Below, piece by piece: positions 39,934 to 47,987 of a stretch of 64,000 nt of DNA. Each line of letters opens with the position of its first letter. The first letter of the stretch is position 1. The position numbers and the translations under genes were made by a program. The notes beneath the pieces are model-generated. The model saw only the letters and a program-made list of their open reading frames with translations. It was not told where the DNA came from and did no database searches. Location of the stretch: the NCBI GenBank assembly GCA_045603225.1, contig JAZULT010000100.1, forward strand, positions 249-64,248. The letters are read 5' to 3'. The DNA comes from Clostridia bacterium. Lineage in GTDB: Bacteria > Bacillota > Clostridia > UBA1381.

Positions 39934-40494
39934 ATGACATATGCACAGGCATTTGACAAAATCAAAAAGAAGCTTGCTAAAGCTGATACAAAAGGAATGG
40001 ATAATAATTTTGCTGTTCAGGTAACACTCGCGGATGAAGATGCAGCAGGAACACTGTACGTAGCTTATATTGACGGAGAATTTTCTGTTGAACCTTATGA
40101 CTACAGAGACAATAACGTTGCAATTGATATAAAAGCTGCTGATTTTATCAAAATGGCTGAAGGTAAGCTTACCAAAGAAACGGCTACTGAAAAGAATCTT
40201 CTTAAAGCTTTCGGTGATGTTGATGTTCTTGAAAAGATTACAGGTATAATTAAACCGGTTACAAGAAAGTCGGCTGTAAAGAAAGAAACTGCAAAGAAAG
40301 AAACTGCAAAGAAAGAAACTGCGAAGAAAGAAACTGTAAAGAAAGAAACTGTAAAGAAAGAAACTGCGAAAAAAGAAACTGTAAAGAAACCGGCAGAAAA
40401 AAAAGAACCCGCTAAAAAAACAACAGAAAAAAAGGAAATTGAAAAAAAGACTGAAACTAAAAAAACTGAAACAAAATCCGGTTCAAAAAAATAA
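39934..40494 (+). CDS. SCP2 (sterol-carrier-like) domain protein with Lys/Glu-rich KKET(A/V) repeat tail
   Basis: The N-terminal roughly 105 aa resemble an SCP2 fold (VQVTLADEDAAGTLYVAYIDGEFSVEP...AADFIKMAEGKL). The C-terminus is a KKETx pentapeptide repeat. The start is ATG 39934 or GTG 39925. Confidence 0.7.
   Translation: MTYAQAFDKIKKKLAKADTKGMDNNFAVQVTLADEDAAGTLYVAYIDGEFSVEPYDYRDNNVAIDIKAADFIKMAEGKLTKETATEKNLLKAFGDVDVLEKITGIIKPVTRKSAVKKETAKKETAKKETAKKETVKKETVKKETAKKETVKKPAEKKEPAKKTTEKKEIEKKTETKKTETKSGSKK
40276..40390 (+). repeat. In-frame 15-nt tandem repeat (GYA AAG AAA GAA ACT), about 7.5 copies
   Basis: Units begin at 40276, 40291, 40306, 40321, 40336, 40351 and 40366, with a partial unit at 40381. 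Only the first codon (gca/gcg/gta) and one aag/aaa position vary. Confidence 0.9.
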
Positions 40495-40589
40495 TACGAT
40501 AAAGGGGATGCAAGAAATAGTGCAGAAACAAGCCATTGAACAATCTGTGTATTTTTTCACATCCCCTTTTGTTTTACGGGAGAAATGAA

Positions 40590-41363
40590 ATGATTATTAC
40601 GGTAGATATAGGTAACACGAATATAGTACTGGGTGTTTTTCAGAATGATGAAATAATGTTTACATCCAGAATAAGCACAGACACTAAAAAAACAGAAGAC
40701 GAATATGCGGTAATAATTAAAAACACTGTAGATATGCATCTTGGTGATAGTGCGGATATAACAGGAGCAGTTTTATCTTCTGTTGTCCCACAACTTACCA
40801 GTGTGATGAAAAGTGCAATAAAGCTTGCTTTAGGTGTAAAAACCATAGTTGTAGAACCCGGTGTAAAAACCGGTATAAAATTAGTATGTGATTATCCGAA
40901 TCAAGTCGGTGCTGATCTCATATGTGCCGGTGCAGCTGCTCATGAAATATATAAAACAAACACAATTGTTCTAGATTTGGGTACAGCTACTAAATTTATA
41001 TTAATTAAAGAAGATGGTACTTTTGTTGGTTTGTCTATAGCTCCGGGAGTTCAGATGGGAGTAAATGCACTGTCAAGCGGAACAGCTCAGCTTCCTCAGA
41101 TTAGTCTTGAAGCACCTTCAAAAGTTATCGGGACAAATACTGTAGATTGTATGAAAAGCGGTGTAATTCTCGGTCATGTTTGTATGATAGACGGAATGAT
41201 TGACAGAATTTTTTCAGAGCTTCCGCTTGACTGGAATATAGTTGCAACAGGAGGTCTTGCAGAAAATATTATTCCGAACTGTAAGCATGAAATAAAAATT
41301 GATAATGATTTACTTTTAAAAGGTCTGAAATTCATATTCGATAAGAATATCGTTAAATCGTAA
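40590..41363 (+). CDS. coaX: Type III pantothenate kinase
   Basis: MIITVDIGNTNIVLGVF N-terminus, GADL and LDLGTATK motifs. The ATG at 40590 follows gggaga. Confidence 0.92.
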   Translation: MIITVDIGNTNIVLGVFQNDEIMFTSRISTDTKKTEDEYAVIIKNTVDMHLGDSADITGAVLSSVVPQLTSVMKSAIKLALGVKTIVVEPGVKTGIKLVCDYPNQVGADLICAGAAAHEIYKTNTIVLDLGTATKFILIKEDGTFVGLSIAPGVQMGVNALSSGTAQLPQISLEAPSKVIGTNTVDCMKSGVILGHVCMIDGMIDRIFSELPLDWNIVATGGLAENIIPNCKHEIKIDNDLLLKGLKFIFDKNIVKS

Positions 41364-41378
41364 GCTGGAGATAATTAA

Positions 41379-42284
41379 ATGGAAAGTTTTGATTTATTTC
41401 ATCAAAATCCTGTATTGATGCTCAGAAAAATAACTGAGTATGTTGTATCCGGGGAAGAGATTCCCGATACTGAAAAAAACAGAATTATAAAATATCATCA
41501 ATACATAAAAAAAGCATTAAAAAAAGATGTCTCGGTTGAAATAGAAAAAATGCTTTTGTCTGATTCGCCCGGAAAGTGTTTCAGATATATGCACGAATGT
41601 AAGCTTTTGAAGTGCATTATTCCTCAACTGGATAAATGTTTCTATGAACAGCAGAGAAATAAATACCATATCTATAATGTCGGAGAACATATCATGCATG
41701 CCGTGTCAGCAGCACCTCCTGTGCTTTCCGTAAGATGGGCTGCGCTTTTGCATGATGTCGGAAAACCGTTGTGTTCAAGCTCTGATTCTGCAGGCACAAT
41801 TCATTTTTACGGTCATCATATAGAAAGCCGCAGGATTGCAGATGATATAATGTACCGATATAATGCTGATTCAGATTTAAGACGTGAAGTATGTATTCTT
41901 ATTGAATATCATGACGTTCATTTCGAGCAAACAGAAACAGCAGTCAAACGTGCGCTTTCGAGGCTCGGAGAACAAGGATTCTTAAGATTACTTGATTTGC
42001 AGGAGGCAGATATACGTGCTAAAAACCCGATATTTATAGAAGATAAATGTAAAAGTGTTAACAACCTCAGACAAATTTGTATGGATGTTATAAAAAAAGG
42101 TGAGCCGTACAGGTATACAGATCTTGCTATAGGAAAAAGAGATTTGATAAAGATGAAGTATCGTGCCGAACGGCAAATGCGTGATGTTTTGAGAATACTT
42201 TTTGATGAAGTAATAGAAAATCCTTCTCTTAATAATAGAGATTATCTTTTAAAAAGAGCTAAAAATTTAAAAAATAAGCATTGA
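41379..42284 (+). CDS. HD-domain protein resembling the C-terminal body of CCA-adding enzymes, with no nucleotidyltransferase head
   Basis: HD motif region (GEHIMHAV...ALLHDVGKP...YGHH). The N-terminus starts in the RNA-binding-like helical region. No GGxVRD/DxD polymerase head is encoded upstream. Confidence 0.7.
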   Translation: MESFDLFHQNPVLMLRKITEYVVSGEEIPDTEKNRIIKYHQYIKKALKKDVSVEIEKMLLSDSPGKCFRYMHECKLLKCIIPQLDKCFYEQQRNKYHIYNVGEHIMHAVSAAPPVLSVRWAALLHDVGKPLCSSSDSAGTIHFYGHHIESRRIADDIMYRYNADSDLRREVCILIEYHDVHFEQTETAVKRALSRLGEQGFLRLLDLQEADIRAKNPIFIEDKCKSVNNLRQICMDVIKKGEPYRYTDLAIGKRDLIKMKYRAERQMRDVLRILFDEVIENPSLNNRDYLLKRAKNLKNKH

Positions 42285-42309
42285 CAAAATAATAACAATG
42301 TGTTATACT
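42281..42309 (+). promoter_or_regulatory. Sigma-A promoter for hydG-hydF, overlapping the stop of the HD gene
   Basis: TTGACA (42281-42286), 17 nt spacer, TATACT (42304-42309). Confidence 0.55.
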
Positions 42310-42342
42310 TATATTAATTCTGACGTTGAAGCAGAGCTGAGG

Positions 42343-42402
42343 CGAAAGATGCAGATATAAAATGTTTTTTGCGTCTTTCGTTTTTATACGGAAGACGTTT
42401 TT
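42343..42402 (+). promoter_or_regulatory. hydG leader with two overlapping, mutually exclusive U-tailed hairpins
   Basis: Segment B, GCGTCTTTCG (42371-42380), pairs either with A, CGAAAGATGC (42343-42352, 10 bp), or with C, CGGAAGACG (42389-42397, 9 bp). B and C are each followed by TTTTT. Confidence 0.45.
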
Positions 42403-42424
42403 AATTGTGAAAGGAATGATAAAT

Positions 42425-43840
42425 ATGTATAATCCAAAATCATTAAAAGCAGAGGAATTTATAAGTCACGAAGAGATACTTGCAACACTGGAATGGGCAG
42501 ATAAAAATAAGGATAATATGCAGCTTGTGGATGAAATAATAGAAAAAGCAAAGCTCAGAAAAGGTCTTTCTTACAGGGAGGCATCCCTTCTTCTTGCGTG
42601 TGATAATGAAGAAAAAGTTAAGGAAATGTATGCACTGGCTGAGCAGATAAAAAAAGATTTTTACGGTAACAGAATAGTTATGTTCGCTCCGTTATATTTA
42701 TCTAATTACTGTGTAAACGGATGTGTATACTGTCCGTATCATTGTACTAATAAGGAAATTGCGCGCAAGAAGCTTACTCAGGAAGAAATCAAAAATGAAG
42801 TTATTGCCCTTCAAGATATGGGGCATAAACGTCTTGCTCTTGAAGCAGGTGAAGATCCTGTGAATAATCCAATTGAATATATTCTTGAAAGCATAAAGAC
42901 AATATATTCAATCAAACATAAAAACGGTGCAATTAGAAGAGTAAATGTAAATATTGCCGCAACAACAGTTGAAAATTACAGAAAGCTTAAAGAGGCCGGA
43001 ATAGGAACATATATATTGTTTCAGGAAACATATCACAAGGAAAATTATGAGAAGCTTCATCCGACAGGTCCTAAGCATAATTATGCATATCATACCGAGG
43101 CTATGGACAGAGCAATGGAAGGCGGAATTGACGATGTAGGTCTTGGTGTTTTATTCGGACTTGATAAATATAGATATGAATTTGCAGGTCTTCTTATGCA
43201 TGCGGAACATCTTGAAGCTGTTCACGGGGTAGGACCTCATACTATAAGTGTACCAAGATTAAAACGAGCATCTGACATTGACCCGTCTAAGTTTGATAAT
43301 GGTATTACAGATGAAACTTTCGCTAAAATATGCGCACTTATCCGCATAGCTGTTCCATATACAGGTATGATTATTTCCACACGTGAAAGTCAGGATGTAC
43401 GTGAAAAGGTATTACGTCTCGGTGTATCTCAGATAAGCGGTGGTTCGCGTACTTCTGTAGGTGGTTATACGGAAGAAATTCGTCCGCATGAAACGGAACA
43501 GTTTGATGTTTCAGATCAGCGTACACTTGACGATGTTGTAAACTGGTTAATGAGAATGGGATATATACCGTCGTTTTGTACTGCGTGTTACAGAGAAGGA
43601 AGAACAGGAGACCGATTTATGAGCCTTTGTAAGAGCGGTCAGATTCAGAATTGCTGTCATCCGAATGCACTTATGACACTTAAAGAATATCTTATTGACT
43701 ACGCAAGTGAAGATACAAAGAAGATAGGTGAAGAACTTATCGAAAAAGAACTTGATAATATTCCTAAAGATAATGTAAGAAGTATTTGCAGTGACAGACT
43801 TATAAAAATAGAAACAGGAATACGAGATTTCAGATTCTGA
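42425..43840 (+). CDS. hydG: [FeFe]-hydrogenase maturase HydG (radical SAM tyrosine lyase)
   Basis: Radical SAM CVNGCVYCPY and a C-terminal auxiliary cluster region (CTACYREGRTGDRFMSLCKSGQIQNCCHPN). The ATG at 42425 is 9 nt after aaagga. Confidence 0.92.
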   Translation: MYNPKSLKAEEFISHEEILATLEWADKNKDNMQLVDEIIEKAKLRKGLSYREASLLLACDNEEKVKEMYALAEQIKKDFYGNRIVMFAPLYLSNYCVNGCVYCPYHCTNKEIARKKLTQEEIKNEVIALQDMGHKRLALEAGEDPVNNPIEYILESIKTIYSIKHKNGAIRRVNVNIAATTVENYRKLKEAGIGTYILFQETYHKENYEKLHPTGPKHNYAYHTEAMDRAMEGGIDDVGLGVLFGLDKYRYEFAGLLMHAEHLEAVHGVGPHTISVPRLKRASDIDPSKFDNGITDETFAKICALIRIAVPYTGMIISTRESQDVREKVLRLGVSQISGGSRTSVGGYTEEIRPHETEQFDVSDQRTLDDVVNWLMRMGYIPSFCTACYREGRTGDRFMSLCKSGQIQNCCHPNALMTLKEYLIDYASEDTKKIGEELIEKELDNIPKDNVRSICSDRLIKIETGIRDFRF

Positions 43841-43859
43841 TGTGTTGGGGGATGAGGTT

Positions 43860-45035
43860 ATGGGTATGAATGGTGTTCCTGCATCTGAAAGAACTCATAT
43901 AGGATTCTTCGGCAGAAGAAATGCAGGAAAGTCAAGTCTTATAAATGCAGTAACAGGTCAGGATTTATCGATTGTCTCTGACGTTAAGGGAACAACTACT
44001 GATCCTGTTCTGAAAACCATGGAACTTTTGCCTTTAGGACCTGTTGTCATAATTGACACGCCGGGGATTGATGATGAGGGTAAGCTTGGCGAAATGCGTG
44101 TCAGAAAGGCGTATCAGGCACTTAGGAAATGTGATATAGCTGTTGTTGTTATTGATAGTGTAACAGGTATTAGTGAAGAAGACAAAAAACTCATAGAGCT
44201 TATTAAAGAAAACAAAATACCTTATATTATATGCATGAATAAATGCGATTTGAAAATTCCTGATATTACGGAAGATAATGAAATTGCGGTAAGTGCCGAA
44301 AAGAATATAAATATTCATGAATTCAAAGAAAAGCTTGCATCATTTTCTAAAAAAAACACCGACAAGAAAATAATCGGTGACCGACTGAATGCAGGAGATA
44401 TTGTTGTTCTTGTTATTCCTCTTGATTCTTCAGCACCTAAAGGAAGAATTATACTTCCGCAACAAATGGTGCTTCGTGAGGTTCTTGATGCAAAAGCAAT
44501 AGCAATATGTGTTCAGCCTTCGGAGCTTTCGGATGCACTTGAAAATCTTTCAAAGAAACCGGTTGTTATAATAACTGACAGTCAGGTGTTCGGAGAGGTT
44601 TCAAAGCTTGTTCCGAATGATATATATCTTACTTCATTTTCGATTCTGATGCTTAATTATAAAGGTGAGCTTGATATGGCTTATCGTGGAGTAAAGGCTA
44701 TTGATAATCTTAAAGATGGAGACAAAGTTTTAATTGCAGAGGGATGTACGCATCATAGACAATGTGAAGATATAGGAAGTGTAAAAATTCCTAATCTTAT
44801 GAAAAAAAAGACGGAAAAAGAGATCATATTTGAGTTTACAAGCGGCGGAGATTTTCCTGATGATTTGTCAGAATATTCACTTGTGGTTCATTGTGGTGGA
44901 TGCATGCTTAACGAAAACGAAGTGAAGCGTCGCATGAATCATGCAAATTCAAAAGGGATTCCGGTCACAAATTACGGAATTACTCTTGCCTATATGAACG
45001 GTATACTCGAAAATGCAATGAAATGGTTTTATTAA
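43860..45035 (+). CDS. hydF: [FeFe]-hydrogenase maturation GTPase HydF
   Basis: G1 GRRNAGKSS, G3 DTPG, G4 NKCD, and a C-terminal CxHx(n)HCGGC cluster motif (GCTHH...VVHCGGCM). Confidence 0.9.
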   Translation: MGMNGVPASERTHIGFFGRRNAGKSSLINAVTGQDLSIVSDVKGTTTDPVLKTMELLPLGPVVIIDTPGIDDEGKLGEMRVRKAYQALRKCDIAVVVIDSVTGISEEDKKLIELIKENKIPYIICMNKCDLKIPDITEDNEIAVSAEKNINIHEFKEKLASFSKKNTDKKIIGDRLNAGDIVVLVIPLDSSAPKGRIILPQQMVLREVLDAKAIAICVQPSELSDALENLSKKPVVIITDSQVFGEVSKLVPNDIYLTSFSILMLNYKGELDMAYRGVKAIDNLKDGDKVLIAEGCTHHRQCEDIGSVKIPNLMKKKTEKEIIFEFTSGGDFPDDLSEYSLVVHCGGCMLNENEVKRRMNHANSKGIPVTNYGITLAYMNGILENAMKWFY

Positions 45036-45070
45036 AAAAGGTCCGGGGAATAAACTCCCCGAACTTTTTT
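45036..45070. terminator. Bidirectional intrinsic terminator between convergent hydF and the AraC gene
   Basis: The sequence is AAAAAGGTCCGGGGA-ATAAAC-TCCCCGAACTTTTTT. The stem has a GC-rich core with one mismatch, an A-run upstream and a T-run downstream. Confidence 0.7.
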
Positions 45071-45078
45071 GATTCCGG

Positions 45079-46047
45079 TCATACGTCTTTTTTTGTATAC
45101 TCTAAATAAGCGGGGGAAAAGTATTTGTGTCCGTGTTTTTTGGATTGAGGTGATATCATGTTTGCACGTTCAAATTTTCGATGCTGCAGTGGGGTACGGT
45201 CAATATATTTTCTGAAAATTCTCTCATAATACCGTATATCAGAATAACCAACAGCTTCAGCAATTTCTGATACCTTCATGTTGGTGTCTTGTAACAGCTG
45301 ACAGCTTTTGTTGATTCGTATTTTCTGCAGGTACTCTGCAAAAGAATATCCTGTTTCCTGCTTGAATTTTGAGCAAAAGTATTGTGGAGTGTAGTGAAGT
45401 AAACCACTGATTTCTTCTAGTGTTATTTTTTTGTAAAAGTTTTTTTCTAAATAATTTATAGCCTCATCCATTACAGAGCTTGTAGTGTTCTGAACTTGAG
45501 GATTCATGTACCTTAAAAGGTATATTAATACTTCAATAAGCTGAGATTTCAGTACCTTTAAATATCCAAACTCCGAACGGAAATATTCTGACTGCATATC
45601 AATAAGTGTTTTTTTTATCTTGTCATCATTTTCGTGGTATACCGAATTGATATATGTTTCTTTGGGTATATCACTTTTACACTGAATTTCGCGGCATTTG
45701 AAAATTTTAGTAATGTCATCATTATTTGATAATGATATATCCAAAAAGGATGGTCTGAAAAGTAAATTTATAAGTTTACACGGTGTATTCTCTATAGGAG
45801 TCAATGAGTGGTAAGAATCAAAGTCTATAATTGCAAAATCACCGGGAATAAGCGTTTTTTCATAGCCGTTAAAGTTGTGCTCTATGCTGCCGTCAAGTAT
45901 ATAAAAAAGCTCAATGAAATTATGAGAATGAAGAGTCTTGGTAGGTTGGGCAGTCTGATATTCAAGGGCAATTCCATCGGGAATGTAATAGTCATCTTTT
46001 GGTATTTTTTCTGTGTTTTGTTTTGTATCACTTATATTTTTAATCAT
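45079..46047 (-). CDS. AraC family transcriptional regulator (N-terminal cupin sensor, C-terminal double HTH)
   Basis: Cupin segment HSHNFIELFYILDG. C-terminal AraC HTH (VSEIAEAVGYSDIRYYERIFRKYIDRTPLQHR). Divergent from the SLH gene cluster. Confidence 0.9.
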   Translation of the reverse strand: MIKNISDTKQNTEKIPKDDYYIPDGIALEYQTAQPTKTLHSHNFIELFYILDGSIEHNFNGYEKTLIPGDFAIIDFDSYHSLTPIENTPCKLINLLFRPSFLDISLSNNDDITKIFKCREIQCKSDIPKETYINSVYHENDDKIKKTLIDMQSEYFRSEFGYLKVLKSQLIEVLIYLLRYMNPQVQNTTSSVMDEAINYLEKNFYKKITLEEISGLLHYTPQYFCSKFKQETGYSFAEYLQKIRINKSCQLLQDTNMKVSEIAEAVGYSDIRYYERIFRKYIDRTPLQHRKFERANMISPQSKKHGHKYFSPAYLEYTKKDV

Positions 46048-46255
46048 ATCTTAATATCCTCCACAAAAAATGGTTAATTTTGTGTATAGAAATATTATAT
46101 CATAAAGTGTATAATATAGTCAAGAGATAAAATAGATAAAAAACTGAATTGGATGATTTTGTATATGTTGATTTATCTGAATTGTAATCTGAAAAACAAG
46201 ATATAAAAATATACAAAAACAAAAGAATATAATTTTATGGAGGTTTTAAGAATAT

Positions 46256-47974
46256 ATGAGAACAGTAAAATCTTTATTAAAAACAAGTTTTATAACTTTG
46301 GCTGTGTCAACAATACTTATATACGGCATGCAAAGTGCTACTGCACAGTCGCTTAATATAAAATATAACGTTGATGAAAATAAGGCTACGGTTAGTGGTG
46401 TTGCAGATAATGGAGTAAAATATGCGGCACTTGAGATATTAAAAAAAGACAAGGATGAGGATGATGTATTATACGCAGATGAGGAAAATCTCGGTACTGT
46501 AATAATACACGCAGACCAGGTAAAGGTTAATGATGATAAAAGTTTCGAGTTTTTATTTACTCTGCCTCCTGAGAGCGAAACTTATGATTATGTTGCAAGA
46601 GTTTCATATGGTCATGTAAAAAACGGAATACTGATGTATGTAAGCCATTCTGATTTCAAAGCTGCGATGGAAGCCATAAACTCATCGCTGGTAGATACCG
46701 CTGACAAGATGTATGGTGCCATTGAGAATTCAAAGAAGTATCTGGGGATAGATGTTTTGTCATTTGATAAACTTACAAAAACAGAAAAATTAAATATTTC
46801 ACAAAAAGTTTTAGATGAGAGAAATTTTAAAAATGGTGGAAATTTTGAGGATTCAGAAAACTTTTCTGATGCTTTTAATCCTTACTTTGTAATTGAAATG
46901 GTAAATCATGCAGGTGGAGATGATAAGGATTTTGATGTTATAACCGTTATTTGGAATAATCAGGAATATTTTGAATTTTCATCCCTTTCTGCCTACAAAA
47001 CTTATGAAAAACAAAAAGATGATGTGAAAAAACTCATAATCAACGGAGTTTGTGAAAGAGACGATTATAAGACAATAGAAGAAATACAAGATGAATTTTC
47101 ATTTCTTACTGTTAACTATGCACTCTATAAAGCTGACGGATATGATGTGGTAGAAGAAGTTTTAGAACAGAATAAAAAGTTTTTAGGAATTTCAATGTCT
47201 GATTATAATGACCTTTCTTCGAAAAGCAGTGTTAATAAAAAGATGACAGGAAGACGGTTTTCATCGGTATCGGATATAAAAGAAACTTTTGAAAAATTAG
47301 TCATCGATGCCGGGAAGAAAGGAAGTTCCGGTGGTTCGGGCGGTTCCGGAGGTGGTTCGGGAAGCTCCGGCAAGGGTTCGGGAAATGCAAATTTAATTCT
47401 CGGAGATACAGTACCTAAAGTTAATAAAGAGGTTTTTTATGATTTGGACGGCGTACAATGGGCAAAGGAAAGTATACTCGGACTTTATGATAAAGGTGTA
47501 GTTTCGGGAAAGAGTGATGGTACATTTGCACCATATGATTTTATTACAAGAGAAGAGTTTGCTAAAATGCTGACCCTGGTTTTAGGTTGTGCTGATAATA
47601 ATGCTGTGTGTCATTTTAGTGATGTTTTGCCCGGTGCATGGTATTACAGCTATGTAGCATCAGGAGTAAATGCCGGACTTATAAAAGGAGTGAGTGAAGA
47701 AAATTTTGGAACGGGAGAACATATCTCAAGACAGGATATTGCGGTATTAATAAATCGTGGAGCAATATTTGCAGGAATAACATTCGGTAATACTAAATTA
47801 ACAGATTTTTCGGATTTTAAAGATGTTTCGGACTATGCAAAAGAGGCAGTTTCAGCAATTTCCGGTGCAGGACTAGTGAACGGAACAGACGAGGGAAACT
47901 TTGAGCCAAAACGTGGTGCAACAAGAGCGGAGACTGCAAAAATCCTTTACGGATTTTTAAAGCTTATAGGATAA
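46256..47974 (+). CDS. Secreted cell-surface protein with Gly/Ser linker and three C-terminal SLH domains
   Basis: Signal peptide, GSSGGSGGSGGGSGSSGKGSG linker, then three SLH repeats (F.D......WAKE.I..L...G...G; ITREEFAKML; ATRAETAKIL). GGAGG RBS. Confidence 0.85.
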   Translation: MRTVKSLLKTSFITLAVSTILIYGMQSATAQSLNIKYNVDENKATVSGVADNGVKYAALEILKKDKDEDDVLYADEENLGTVIIHADQVKVNDDKSFEFLFTLPPESETYDYVARVSYGHVKNGILMYVSHSDFKAAMEAINSSLVDTADKMYGAIENSKKYLGIDVLSFDKLTKTEKLNISQKVLDERNFKNGGNFEDSENFSDAFNPYFVIEMVNHAGGDDKDFDVITVIWNNQEYFEFSSLSAYKTYEKQKDDVKKLIINGVCERDDYKTIEEIQDEFSFLTVNYALYKADGYDVVEEVLEQNKKFLGISMSDYNDLSSKSSVNKKMTGRRFSSVSDIKETFEKLVIDAGKKGSSGGSGGSGGGSGSSGKGSGNANLILGDTVPKVNKEVFYDLDGVQWAKESILGLYDKGVVSGKSDGTFAPYDFITREEFAKMLTLVLGCADNNAVCHFSDVLPGAWYYSYVASGVNAGLIKGVSEENFGTGEHISRQDIAVLINRGAIFAGITFGNTKLTDFSDFKDVSDYAKEAVSAISGAGLVNGTDEGNFEPKRGATRAETAKILYGFLKLIG

Positions 47975-47987
47975 GGAGGGATTTTTT

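Noticed and set aside
40276-40390. Possible CRISPR-like array
   Set aside because: The period is only 15 nt with no spacers, and the array is in frame inside a coding region. It is a coding tandem repeat.
42362-42424. N-terminal extension of HydG in the ORF track (MFFASFVFIRKTFLIVKGMIN). Similar extensions exist at 9471, 22181, 40536, 57642 and 62604.
   Set aside because: These upstream starts lack Shine-Dalgarno sequences or overlap the preceding gene. Internal ATGs with well-spaced RBSs give N-termini that match the protein families.
47321-47385. Gly/Ser-encoding repetitive DNA
   Set aside because: It is a flexible inter-domain linker (GSSGGSGGSGGGSGSSGKGSG) before the SLH domains, not an independent repeat element.
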